From NCBI GenBank assembly GCA_045632325.1, contig JAZQWK010000188.1:1-34641 (forward strand): a stretch of DNA of 34,641 nucleotides, written 5' to 3'. How positions within the stretch are numbered: the first letter of the stretch is position 1; each line of letters opens with the position of its first letter. The DNA is from Eubacteriales bacterium (lineage in GTDB: Bacteria; Bacillota; Clostridia; Oscillospirales; CAG-272). The position numbers and the translations under genes were made by a program. Positions 25,632 to 34,641 of the stretch are shown piece by piece. The notes below the pieces were generated by a model. The model searched no databases and had not been told where the DNA came from. It saw only the letters and a program-made list of their open reading frames with translations.

Positions 25632-27005
25632 TTGCTGCAGAAAAATCAAACTTATACCGTTCAGATCACCGATCTCAACAACCTCGGCTTCGGCGTTGCC
25701 AAAATCGACGGCATCTCCGTCTTTGTTGCCGACACCGTAACCGGGGATGAAGCCGAGATCAAGATCATCAAAACCGCAAAAACGTATGCCGTCGGTATGC
25801 TCCTGCGTCTGATCACATCCTCTCCGATCCGCTGTGACGAGTGCGAGGTCTGTCCCGTCACGCGCCGATGCGGCGGCTGTGTCTATCAGCGCGTCTCCTA
25901 CGACAAGGAACTGGAATTAAAAAAGCAGTACGTCACATTTGCCATGAAGAAGGCAGGTGCATTCCCGATTACGGTAAACGACGTACTGTCGACAAAACAG
26001 GTCAGCGGATACCGCAATAAGGCGCAGTATCCCGTCGGACGAGAAACGGTCGACGGCAAGGAACGCACGGTCATCGGCTTCTATGCAGCAAAATCGCATA
26101 CGATCATCCCTGCTGACCGCTGTTCGCTGCAGCCGGATGTTTTCTCGGACATCGTTGGCTTCACGGCAGAATTCTGCGACCGATACGGAATTTCCGCCTA
26201 TGATGAAAAGACGGGAAAAGGACTTCTGCGGCATTTATATCTGCGCATGGGAGCAGCAACGGGACAGATCATGGTCTGCCTTGTCCTCAACGGCGACACA
26301 CTTCCGCAGGCGGATATCTTCTGCGAGGAGCTGACCGCACGCTTCCCCGCCGTTGTCAGTATTCAGATCAACGTCAACCGAAAAGCGACCAACGTGATTT
26401 TAGGCGAGGATTGCCGTGTTCTGTACGGAACGCCGTATATTGAGGACGTACTCTGCGGACGCACGTTCCGTATTTCCCCGCTGTCCTTCTATCAGGTCAA
26501 CCACGACGGCGCAGAGCTTCTTTACAACACCGCAAAGGACCTGCTCAAATTACAGCCGGGCGAAGCACTGCTCGACCTCTACTGTGGCATCGGCACCATC
26601 GGTATGTCGCTTGCAGAGGATGATACACCGCTTGTCGGTATTGAGATCGTTCCGCAGGCGATTGAAAACGCAAAGGAAAACGCCGCCCGCAACGGCATGA
26701 CAAACGCCCGCTTCTTCTGCGGTGATGCGTCGGACGCAGGCAAGATCCTCTCCGATTGCGGCATCCGCGCCGATGCGGTTGTCGTTGACCCGCCGCGCAA
26801 GGGTCTGACCCCCGAGGTCATTGCGTATCTTGCGGAGCTGAATCCGTCGAGAATCGTCTATATTTCCTGTGACGCCGATACGCTGGCGCGGGATATCGTC
26901 CGTTTCCGCGAGGTTGGGTACGATACGGATACGGTGCAGCCTGTAGATATGTTTTCACGCACCGGGCACGTAGAGTGCGTCACCCGCCTTACAAGAAAGG
27001 CTTGA
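25632..27005 (+). CDS. rlmD: 23S rRNA (uracil-5)-methyltransferase RlmD/RlmCD
   Basis: N-terminal TRAM domain, Fe-S motif C..C.....CGGC, YRNKAQYP, SFYQVN, DLYCGIGTIG, DPPRKG, YISC, DMFSRTGHVE. TTG start after GAAAGGA. Confidence 0.94.
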   Translation: MLQKNQTYTVQITDLNNLGFGVAKIDGISVFVADTVTGDEAEIKIIKTAKTYAVGMLLRLITSSPIRCDECEVCPVTRRCGGCVYQRVSYDKELELKKQYVTFAMKKAGAFPITVNDVLSTKQVSGYRNKAQYPVGRETVDGKERTVIGFYAAKSHTIIPADRCSLQPDVFSDIVGFTAEFCDRYGISAYDEKTGKGLLRHLYLRMGAATGQIMVCLVLNGDTLPQADIFCEELTARFPAVVSIQINVNRKATNVILGEDCRVLYGTPYIEDVLCGRTFRISPLSFYQVNHDGAELLYNTAKDLLKLQPGEALLDLYCGIGTIGMSLAEDDTPLVGIEIVPQAIENAKENAARNGMTNARFFCGDASDAGKILSDCGIRADAVVVDPPRKGLTPEVIAYLAELNPSRIVYISCDADTLARDIVRFREVGYDTDTVQPVDMFSRTGHVECVTRLTRKA

Positions 27006-27054
27006 CCGACACTCATTTTGACATGACACAAAACTCCCACAAGGAACCAATACC

Positions 27055-28254
27055 ATGAACAAGCTGAAATCCGTTTTCCAAGAAAACACCCCATTCAAAG
27101 TATTTCTTCTGTCGGTTCTGATCACCGGCATATCCTACGGTCTTTACAAAGGCATGCTCGACAATTTCATGGCAGAGATCGTCGGAATGAGCGAGGCAGA
27201 CCGCGGCGTTACCGAATTCTTCCGTGAGCTTCCGGGCGTTATGCTCGTTCTGATTTTGGCGGCATTTTATATGTTTTCGGTCGAAACGATGTACAAGGCA
27301 GGTGCGGTCGTTATGCTGATCGGTCTTGCCATGCATGCATCCCTTCCCGCAACAAAAGTATTCACCACGCTTGCCATCTGTATGTATGCGCTCGGCGAGC
27401 ATATCCAGCTCGGCCTGAAAAGCACCCTGACGCTCAAATACTCCAAGGGCGACAACGGCGGTACGGCACTCGGCGTGCAGAATGCGGTATCGCAGATCGG
27501 CACGCTGGTCGGCTATATCGTCATCATCGCCGCATTTTCTCTTGCATCCGCAAACCAGCCCTACACCGTATTCTTCATCTGCGCCGCGGCACTTGCGGCA
27601 TTGAGCATGCTCTTCTCGCTGAAAATCAGCGGCAGAAGCGAAACAGACGCAACAAAACGACGCTTTTATTTCAGCCGCAAGTACACAAAGTACTATATGC
27701 TGGAAATGTTTTACGGTGCGCGCAAGCAGGTCTTCATCACCTTCGGTCCGTACGTCCTCATCATGATGTACGGCGCGAGCACCGCGGTCATCAGCCTCTT
27801 GTTTGCAATTTCCGCCATCGCGTGCTTCTTTGCGTCCCCCATCGTCGGACGGATCATCGACCGCATCGGCTATAAGACCGTCATGGTTGCCGATACCCTC
27901 ATTCTTGTGATCGTCTGCTTCTTCTACGGCTTTGCGCATCATATCTTCCCACGCGATATCGCCTTTATCGTCTGCTGTATCAACTACGTACTGGATGCCG
28001 TGATCTCGCTCAGCGCTATGGCGTCGAACGTATACGTGAAGGACCTTGCAGACAATGCAGAAGAAGTCAAAGCGACCATATCGACCGGTGTTTCAATCAA
28101 CCACGTTATCACGGTCTTTATCGCACTGTTTGGCGGCTGGGTCTGGCAGACGCTCGGCATTGAGCTGTTGTTCATCGTATCTGCCGTGCTCGGTCTTCTC
28201 AACAGTGCTTATGCGGCAACGATCAAGGTTCCAAAGCGGGACAGCTCGTGTTGA
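27055..28254 (+). CDS. MFS transporter
   Basis: 399 aa, about 12 hydrophobic segments, motif-A-like GRIIDRIGYK. Confidence 0.87.
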   Translation: MNKLKSVFQENTPFKVFLLSVLITGISYGLYKGMLDNFMAEIVGMSEADRGVTEFFRELPGVMLVLILAAFYMFSVETMYKAGAVVMLIGLAMHASLPATKVFTTLAICMYALGEHIQLGLKSTLTLKYSKGDNGGTALGVQNAVSQIGTLVGYIVIIAAFSLASANQPYTVFFICAAALAALSMLFSLKISGRSETDATKRRFYFSRKYTKYYMLEMFYGARKQVFITFGPYVLIMMYGASTAVISLLFAISAIACFFASPIVGRIIDRIGYKTVMVADTLILVIVCFFYGFAHHIFPRDIAFIVCCINYVLDAVISLSAMASNVYVKDLADNAEEVKATISTGVSINHVITVFIALFGGWVWQTLGIELLFIVSAVLGLLNSAYAATIKVPKRDSSC

Positions 28255-28283
28255 AATGCCGCAATCAACCGAAAGGAATTATC

Positions 28284-28817
28284 ATGAACACCATCCCCGA
28301 ACTCCACCTCTCCCTCACCGATACTGAATGGCCCTATACCCACACCACCCACGACCGCAAAATCGTCCGAGCCATTGTCATCGACGATGACGAAAACTTC
28401 TACTTCGTCCGTGCCGAGCGTGATGACGCTTTCGGTCGCGCGACGATCATCGAGACCTCCGGCGGCGGTGTGGAAGCAGAGGAAGACCTTGACACCGCCA
28501 TCAAGCGCGAGCTTTCCGAAGAACTCGGTGCGGATGTGGTCATTCTCTGCAAATTAGGCGTTGTCAGTGATTACTACAATCTCATCCACCGCCACAACAT
28601 CAATCACTATTATCTCTGCCGTGTCAGATCGTTTGGAGAAAAACACCTGATGCCCGACGAGATCGAGCAGTTCCATCTCTCAACGCTGAAATTGACCTAT
28701 GAAGAAGCCGTCCGAGAATACGAGCTGCGCACCGAAACGCCGCTCGGACGACTGCTGGCACAGAGAGAACTGCCGATTCTGCGTCATGCACGGAAAGTGC
28801 TCGACGCGAACAAATAA
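28284..28817 (+). CDS. Nudix hydrolase
   Basis: Nudix box GGVEAEEDLDTAIKRELSEELG (GX5EX7REUXEEXG). ATG 28284 after GAAAGGA. Confidence 0.9.
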   Translation: MNTIPELHLSLTDTEWPYTHTTHDRKIVRAIVIDDDENFYFVRAERDDAFGRATIIETSGGGVEAEEDLDTAIKRELSEELGADVVILCKLGVVSDYYNLIHRHNINHYYLCRVRSFGEKHLMPDEIEQFHLSTLKLTYEEAVREYELRTETPLGRLLAQRELPILRHARKVLDANK

Positions 28818-28837
28818 GCAAAGAAAGGGAACTCGCC

Positions 28838-29176
28838 ATGGCTGACGTCATCATCCCCGCTTTCATTTTTTCCTACGTTGCTCTGATGATGATCATCATC
28901 GGCATCGTGCAGTACAAAAGCCAAAAACCAACCGGATTCTATACGGGCGAAACGCCGCCGAAAGCAGAACAGCTGACCGACGTCACCGCATGGAATCACC
29001 GCCACGGCATGATGTGGATCATCTACGGCGTCGTCATCATCGTATCGTTTTTCGCAGGAATTCTGATTCCGCATGAAGTGGTATCGGCGCTTCTGCCCAT
29101 CGTCATCCTTCTCGGCGCACTCCCCGTGATGATTTTATACCATCACAAGCTGAAACACAAATATTTCAAGGCATAA
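28838..29176 (+). CDS. Small hypothetical membrane protein (about 3 TM)
   Basis: Three hydrophobic stretches, AAAGGGA RBS, tight fit between neighbouring genes. Confidence 0.75.
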   Translation: MADVIIPAFIFSYVALMMIIIGIVQYKSQKPTGFYTGETPPKAEQLTDVTAWNHRHGMMWIIYGVVIIVSFFAGILIPHEVVSALLPIVILLGALPVMILYHHKLKHKYFKA

Positions 29177-29189
29177 AGGAGGGTTCCCC

Positions 29190-30302
29190 ATGACGCCCCA
29201 CCGCGGCACCATTGAAGTTTTGTCCCCGCACTTCTGCGATGTCATCACCGACGACACCGTCATCCGCCTGCACGTCACGCACGACATCGGTACGCTGACT
29301 GCATCCTGCGCAAACGCAAACGCCGCGCGTACCGACCACATCGATACTGTCCTTGAAAGCATCACGCCCGACCGTGACGGCAATGCGTCGTTTGTCTTCC
29401 CTGCCCGCGATTATCCGCACGGTCCGATCACCATCCGCATATCGGGCGGAGAGGGCGAGTGGCGCGACGTCTGCCACCTGCAGCTTTATAACGCCGTCGG
29501 CAAACCGTTTTTGGAATCTGCCGTCGATATACCGACACCGCCGTTGGCAGACGGAATGCGTCTTGTCTTCTGCGACGACTTTGATTCTCCCGATCTGTCG
29601 ATTTCCACGCATGATACATCCGCCCGTTATTACTGTCACAAGCCCGACGGCGGCGACTTCAGCCAGATTCCGTTTACAGATGCGGAAGCACCCGGTAATC
29701 CGTTTTCACAGATCGATACGTATCTGCGTATCCGCGCCGATAGGACAAAGAACTCGACAGGTCTGATCTCCTCGATTCACCGCGACGGCACGGGATTTGA
29801 GGTCAAGGCACCCTGCTATTTTGAATGTCGGATGCTGTGCCCCAATGCCATCGGCTCCTGGCCTGCGTTTTGGCTTCTGACCAATCGCAGACCGCCCGAC
29901 CTGCGCACACCGACCGACGAGCTTGACACCATTGAAGCTTACGGTCTTGAAGACCTCGATCATCAAAACCAATACGGCTACTACATGACCTCCCACCGCT
30001 GGAATCAGGACAAGCACGAAACGATCGATCCCGAATGTTATTACGATATGCGAAAGATCGGCAATGGGCTTGGCTGGGACGCCTGCTTCCACACCTACGG
30101 TACGCTGATTACCGAAGAAGAGACCGTCTATACCTGTGACAATATTCCGCTGTACCGCCATCCGACACAGCCGATTTCCAAAACCGATCCGTTTTTCTTT
30201 ATGCTGAACCTCGCTGTCGGCGGCAACGGCTGGCCCGTGGATATCAGCCGCTACGGCATGATTGATCTGTATGCCGATTATATCCGCGTTTACGCGAAAT
30301 GA
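29190..30302 (+). CDS. GH16-family glycoside hydrolase with N-terminal extension and no signal peptide
   Basis: LVFCDDFD, YFECRM, WPAFWLL, catalytic ELDTIE (ExDxxE), FHTYG, LNLAVGG..WP, DYIRVY. Confidence 0.88.
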   Translation: MTPHRGTIEVLSPHFCDVITDDTVIRLHVTHDIGTLTASCANANAARTDHIDTVLESITPDRDGNASFVFPARDYPHGPITIRISGGEGEWRDVCHLQLYNAVGKPFLESAVDIPTPPLADGMRLVFCDDFDSPDLSISTHDTSARYYCHKPDGGDFSQIPFTDAEAPGNPFSQIDTYLRIRADRTKNSTGLISSIHRDGTGFEVKAPCYFECRMLCPNAIGSWPAFWLLTNRRPPDLRTPTDELDTIEAYGLEDLDHQNQYGYYMTSHRWNQDKHETIDPECYYDMRKIGNGLGWDACFHTYGTLITEEETVYTCDNIPLYRHPTQPISKTDPFFFMLNLAVGGNGWPVDISRYGMIDLYADYIRVYAK

Positions 30303-30325
30303 CACGGAAAGAAAGGAATCCGACC

Positions 30326-31318
30326 ATGACACGATACGAACGCGTCAAAGCCGCAATGGCACACCAAACACCCGATCATACCCCGTCCTGTATTCACCTG
30401 GCGGGTGACGGTTTCACCGCGCACGCCGACAAGCTGTTCGACCGATACACCGATGACCGATTGAAAGCACTTGCTGCCGACAGCATCCTGTCCCGCACCC
30501 ACGCAATGTACTACGGCATGGGCAATCACGTTTTGACCGTAGGCTGTCCGTGGTGGGGCTGGTATGACGTTCCCGCGTCCTATTTTGCCGAAGAAGCCCC
30601 CGATTTCCTGCCGAAGACGATCGGCTACGGCAGCTATGAGGAATTTGCACGCACGGTACGGAACATCAAGGAAAACACCGACGCGTACGTTCTCGTCACC
30701 ATTTGGGGCAGCCACTTTGAAAAGGCAAACTTTGCACGCGGCATTGAAAATTTTCTTGCCGACATCGCGGGAGAACCCGAATTTGCACAAAGGCTGCTCG
30801 ACTTCATCATTCACAAGAACGTTGTCATGCTCGAAAATATCATTCACACACCGGGCATCGACGGCATCCTCCTCGGCTCCGATTGGGGCTCGCAGAAGGA
30901 TCTGATGATGTCCCCGACCGCCTGGAAAACGATGATCGCACCGGGTGAACAGCGTGAATACGACCTGATTCATTCCGCAGGCGTTGACGTTTGGGTGCAC
31001 TCCTGCGGCGATATCCGTCGGATTCTGCCTGATCTGACGACGATGGGCGTGGATGCGCTCAATCCCGTTCAGCCGGAATGTATGGATATTTACGAGCTGA
31101 AAGACAAGTACGGCGACCGCATCACGTTCTGGGGCGGTATCAGCACGCAGAAGACGCTTCCCTACGGCACTCCCGACGAGGTTGCCGCAGAGACCCGTGC
31201 CGTTGCCGCATATCTCGGTCAAAACGGTGGCTTCATCACAGCACCCGCGCAGGAAATTCAGGCAGACGTGCCGTTTGAGAATCTCTGTGCGCTGATCGAT
31301 ACGGCAAACAATCTCTGA
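30326..31318 (+). CDS. Uroporphyrinogen decarboxylase (URO-D)/MtaA-CmuA superfamily protein
   Basis: MTRYERVKAAMAHQTPDHTP, RGIENFL.D, SDWGSQKDLMMSP, WVHSCGDI, GVDALNPVQPECMD, FWGGISTQKTLPYGTPDEV. ATG 30326 after GAAAGGA. Confidence 0.88.
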   Translation: MTRYERVKAAMAHQTPDHTPSCIHLAGDGFTAHADKLFDRYTDDRLKALAADSILSRTHAMYYGMGNHVLTVGCPWWGWYDVPASYFAEEAPDFLPKTIGYGSYEEFARTVRNIKENTDAYVLVTIWGSHFEKANFARGIENFLADIAGEPEFAQRLLDFIIHKNVVMLENIIHTPGIDGILLGSDWGSQKDLMMSPTAWKTMIAPGEQREYDLIHSAGVDVWVHSCGDIRRILPDLTTMGVDALNPVQPECMDIYELKDKYGDRITFWGGISTQKTLPYGTPDEVAAETRAVAAYLGQNGGFITAPAQEIQADVPFENLCALIDTANNL

Positions 31319-31341
31319 ACCTTATCAGAAAGGACAACACT

Positions 31342-32133
31342 ATGCACACCCTCGGTATCAACCTCCATTCCATCCAAGGACTTTCCGACGACGACTATCT
31401 GCGCGAAATCTCCGCACTTGGCTTCAAAGCGACGTTCAGCGGCGTTAAGGACAGTGCAAGACAAGCCGCCATCGCCGATTCCTGCGCAAAATACGGCGTC
31501 ACATACGAAACACTCCACGCGCCGTTCTCTCATATCAACGACCTTTGGCGTGAAGACGACTGCGGTATGCTCGATGAGCTTCTGCACACCGTTGATCACT
31601 GCGTGCTGGCAGGTGTCGGCATTGCAGTCGTACATATTTCCTCCGGCAATACTCCGCCGCCGATGTGTGATCTCGGCTTTGCGCGGATTCATCGACTCGC
31701 AGACTATGCCGCATCGAAAAACGTCAAGCTCGCTTTTGAAAATGCACGGTTGGTTGCCAATCTTGCCTGGGCGATGGAAACGTTTTCTCCCGACGTTGCA
31801 GGCTTTTGCTGGGACTGCGGTCACGAATCGTGTTTCACGCCCGGCAGACACTACATGCCCTTGTACGGCGACCGTCTGATCTGCACCCATATTCACGACA
31901 ACACAGGTGCTTACAACGAAGACAAGCACTGGATTCCCTTTGACGGCAAAATGGACTTTACCTACATTGCAAAAGCCATCCGTGACAGCGGTTATCAAGA
32001 CTCTCTGATGCTGGAGCTTGGCAATTCCTCGCCGAACGGCAGCGGTGCGATGTATGACGGTGTCACGCCTGAAGCGTTCCTCAAAAAAGCGTATTCTGCG
32101 GCAGACACGCTGCGGAAAATGATTGAATCGTAA
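31342..32133 (+). CDS. Sugar-phosphate isomerase/epimerase family (xylose-isomerase-like TIM barrel)
   Basis: LHAPF, AVVH, LAFEN, CWDCGH, THIHDN, H..PFDG.MDF, LMLEL metal-binding pattern. Confidence 0.88.
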   Translation: MHTLGINLHSIQGLSDDDYLREISALGFKATFSGVKDSARQAAIADSCAKYGVTYETLHAPFSHINDLWREDDCGMLDELLHTVDHCVLAGVGIAVVHISSGNTPPPMCDLGFARIHRLADYAASKNVKLAFENARLVANLAWAMETFSPDVAGFCWDCGHESCFTPGRHYMPLYGDRLICTHIHDNTGAYNEDKHWIPFDGKMDFTYIAKAIRDSGYQDSLMLELGNSSPNGSGAMYDGVTPEAFLKKAYSAADTLRKMIES

Positions 32134-32150
32134 CATGCCGAGGTGATAAC

Positions 32151-32720
32151 ATGACGCTCCCCTATCCGATTCTCCCACTCGAAAAAACAAAATGGAAGGG
32201 GCATCCCCTTCCCATTGGCTATACAACGAATACCTATTATGACGTCACGGTGGACCGCACCGACAGCGGCTTTTCCGTCAACATGGTGCTGACCGATTGC
32301 TCCGATCATCCGATCACGCACACGCCCGAGGAATACGACTTCCCCGACAAGCTCTACGAGGACTATCGCCCCGATTCCCGTGCTTTTGGCATGGTCGATG
32401 ATGACGGATGTCTGATCGCGGCGATCGAGATCGAGCCCGAGGGCTGGTCAAACCGTCTGCGCGTCCATGAGCTGTGGATTGACGACCGTTATCACAAGCG
32501 CGGCATCGGTCGTGCGCTGATGAATCTTGCCAAGGACGAAGCACGCAAAAACGGACACCGCATGGTCATGCTCGAAACGCAATCCTGCAACACCAACGCC
32601 ATCGGATTTTATCTGCACGAAGGTTTTACGCTCATCGGATTTGATGCCTGCTGTTATGCAAACAATGATTTAGCGCGCAAGGAAGTGCGGATCGAGCTCG
32701 GATGGGATCCCACGAAATAA
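32151..32720 (+). CDS. GNAT N-acetyltransferase
   Basis: Acetyl-CoA motif LWIDDRYHKRGIGRALM; MLETQSCNTNAIGFY...GFTLIGFD. GAGGTG RBS. Confidence 0.88.
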   Translation: MTLPYPILPLEKTKWKGHPLPIGYTTNTYYDVTVDRTDSGFSVNMVLTDCSDHPITHTPEEYDFPDKLYEDYRPDSRAFGMVDDDGCLIAAIEIEPEGWSNRLRVHELWIDDRYHKRGIGRALMNLAKDEARKNGHRMVMLETQSCNTNAIGFYLHEGFTLIGFDACCYANNDLARKEVRIELGWDPTK

Positions 32721-32774
32721 GCCTCCCTCCCCGAGCAATACTGTCAACTTAAGCGCAGGCGATTGCAATTACAC

Positions 32775-32847
32775 TGTAGGGACAGGCGTCCCCGACTGTC
32801 CCCGGATGACATGAATATCGGGATAGTCGAGGACGCCTGTCCTTACA
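32775..32847. repeat. Inverted pair of GTAG-type REP sequences (REPIN-like non-autonomous element)
   Basis: Left TGTAGGGACAGGCGTCCCCGACTGTCCC; reverse complement of right TGTAAGGACAGGCGTCCTCGACTATCCC (3 differences in 28 nt). Each unit is GTAG/GTAA plus a GGACAG...CTGTCC-type hairpin. Lies between convergent genes. Confidence 0.75.
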
Positions 32848-32861
32848 ATTTCTTTGATAGA

Positions 32862-32916
32862 AAAGCAAAACACAACGCCGAAGTCCCGGATTTTCTCCGA
32901 AACTTCGGCGTATTTT
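32862..32916 (-). terminator. Rho-independent terminator of pheT (possibly bidirectional)
   Basis: Minus strand ACGCCGAAGTTTCGGA-GAAAA-TCCGGGACTTCGGCGT (16-bp stem with two G-U pairs) followed by TGTGTTTTGCTTTT. Confidence 0.82.
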
Positions 32917-32923
32917 CATTGTT

Positions 32924-34641
32924 TTATCTCAGTTCCGCACCGAGTGTGAATTCAAGTTTCTTCAGGGTCTTCTTGACGAACTTGTCAATTTCATCACCTG
33001 TAAATTCATGATCGTCGGGTGTGAAGACGACGTTGAACGCCATGGACTTCTTGCCTTCACCGATCTGCTGTCCGCGGTAAACGTCAAACAGCGTAACCTT
33101 GGTGATATACTTGCAGGAGGTTGCGATGGCATCCTCGATTGCCGCACAGGTCACGTCCTCTGCAACGACGAGCGCCAGGTCGCGAACTTCTTCTGCATAC
33201 TTGGAGATGGGCTTGTAGACCATCTTCTTGCCAAGGTACGGTACGAGTGCTTCGTAATCGAGCTCGCACAGGAAGACAGGCTTTTCGATTGCCAGCTCGT
33301 TGCAGACGTCATGCGCAACGCGGCCGATATAACCGATTTCCTTGCCATCAACGGAAATGACAGCCGTCATACCGGGATGCGTGAAGGAGGTCTCACCCTT
33401 TGCATAGTCCATCTTGAAGCCGAAGGTCTCGCAGAGTGCTTCCAGCGCGCCCTTGAGCGTGAAGAAGGTCTCGTTGTCACCGAAGGCTCCGATGCACAGA
33501 CGGCGAACTTCTGCAGGATATGCGGTCAGCGGCAGAGATTCTGCCTTGTATACGTTGGCAACTTCAAAGAATCTGCCAGCCATATTGCCGCGGCGCAGGT
33601 TGCGGACAACGGCGTTGAGCATGGATGCGGACAGCGTGGTGCGCATCAGGGACAGATCTTCACTGATCGGGTTGAGAATACGGATCGCGCGGCGTTCTTC
33701 TGCGTCTTCGGGGAAGCGAAGCATATCGAGATCCTTGGGTGAGAAGAAGGAGTAGAAGATCGATTCGGAATAGCCCTGTGCGCAGAGGGTCTTCTTGACG
33801 CGGAGCAGTTGCTTCTGTTCTTCGTTTCTGCCGCCTGCGGTAACGGTTGCTTCCTTTAAGAACGTCGGAACGATGTGTTCGTATCCGTAGGAGCGGATGA
33901 CTTCTTCTGCGATATCCTGCACGTGATCGTCGATATCATCGCGCCATGCAGGAACCATGACGTGCAGCTCGTCGCCGTCGATGGATGGAGCAAAGCCAAG
34001 TGCGTCAAGATGACGGATGATTTCCTCTGCAGGCACTTCAATGCCGAGGATCTGATTCATCTTCGCAACGGAAACCGTCAGCGGATGAGCTTCCGTGGAG
34101 TTGCCGGCAGATACTTCAATGTGAACTTTGGAAACCTTACCGCAGCCGAGCTCTTCCATCAGATGCAGAGCACGCTTCATACCGAGCTGGGTGGAATATT
34201 CGTCAACGCCCTTTTCAAAGCGGGAGGAAGAATCGGAGGACTGACCGAGTGCACGGGAGGTCTTACGGACGTTGTCGCGCGCAAACTTTGCTGCTTCAAA
34301 CAGAACGTCAGCGGTGGTGTCCTTGATTTCGGAGTTCAGACCACCCATGATACCTGCCAGCGCAACGGGCTTGTGACCGTCGCAGATGACGAGATTTTCG
34401 GGGTTCAGCTTGAATTCCTTTTCGTCCAGCGTGACAATCGTCTCGCCTTCCTTTGCACGGCGGACAACGATTTCGGTGTTTTCCAGATCGTTGAGATCAA
34501 ACGCGTGCATCGGCTGACCGAATTCTTTCAGAACATAGTTGGTGATATCCACGACATTGGAAATGGAGTTGATACCGACGAGGGACAGACGTCTTCTCAT
34601 CCATGCGGGAGCCGCACCGATCTTGACATCGGAGACATAAT
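32924..34641 (-). CDS. pheT: Phenylalanine--tRNA ligase beta subunit, 5' end outside the window
   Basis: SISNVVDITNYV...GQPMHAFD, ALAGIMGG..SE, SSRFEKG, DIAEEVIR.YGY, NPISEDLSLMRTTL, C-terminal RDLAL..LFDVY.G..KSMAF. Frame stays open from 34600 to the window edge (YVSDVKIGAAPAW). Confidence 0.97.
   Translation of the reverse strand, partial: YVSDVKIGAAPAWMRRRLSLVGINSISNVVDITNYVLKEFGQPMHAFDLNDLENTEIVVRRAKEGETIVTLDEKEFKLNPENLVICDGHKPVALAGIMGGLNSEIKDTTADVLFEAAKFARDNVRKTSRALGQSSDSSSRFEKGVDEYSTQLGMKRALHLMEELGCGKVSKVHIEVSAGNSTEAHPLTVSVAKMNQILGIEVPAEEIIRHLDALGFAPSIDGDELHVMVPAWRDDIDDHVQDIAEEVIRSYGYEHIVPTFLKEATVTAGGRNEEQKQLLRVKKTLCAQGYSESIFYSFFSPKDLDMLRFPEDAEERRAIRILNPISEDLSLMRTTLSASMLNAVVRNLRRGNMAGRFFEVANVYKAESLPLTAYPAEVRRLCIGAFGDNETFFTLKGALEALCETFGFKMDYAKGETSFTHPGMTAVISVDGKEIGYIGRVAHDVCNELAIEKPVFLCELDYEALVPYLGKKMVYKPISKYAEEVRDLALVVAEDVTCAAIEDAIATSCKYITKVTLFDVYRGQQIGEGKKSMAFNVVFTPDDHEFTGDEIDKFVKKTLKKLEFTLGAELR

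Noticed and set aside
30326-31318. Calling the URO-D family gene hemE
   Set aside because: It lacks the RQAGR motif of true uroporphyrinogen decarboxylases, and there is no haem-pathway context.
32763-33011. 82-aa plus-strand ORF over the REP and terminator region
   Set aside because: No RBS, runs through two hairpin elements and overlaps the pheT 3' end antisense.

Overview
Chromosomal window from what looks like a Clostridia-type (Bacillota) bacterium, judged from GAAAGGA/AGGAG ribosome-binding sites, sigmaA-type promoters and gene content. Minus strand, 1-24153: N-terminal part of a GH2 beta-galactosidase (absent from the ORF track), thuA, a full-length but catalytically degenerate large PurL, mtaB, a membrane M15B carboxypeptidase, a 12.3-kb seven-gene carbohydrate-uptake operon, and rnhA-iscS-mnmA. 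The operon encodes a giant multidomain solute-binding protein, two ABC permease pairs, an NHL/TPR/Yip1-like membrane protein and a DUF5696-like secreted protein. Plus strand, 24291-32720: tagA, ybaK, rlmD and an accessory run (MFS, Nudix, small membrane protein, GH16, URO-D family, TIM-barrel isomerase, GNAT), followed by a REP doublet. The window ends in the C-terminal part of pheT on the minus strand. Most notable: (1) the poorly characterised uptake machine; (2) its ~220-nt leader, which folds strand-specifically into a 36-bp rod with regularly spaced single-base bulges and is spanned by a possible leaderless uORF; (3) PurL lacking the glutaminase nucleophile Cys; (4) a near-consensus antisense promoter aimed at tagA. 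No rRNA, tRNA, CRISPR array or transposase was recognised. All family calls come from motif recognition by eye, not from database searches.
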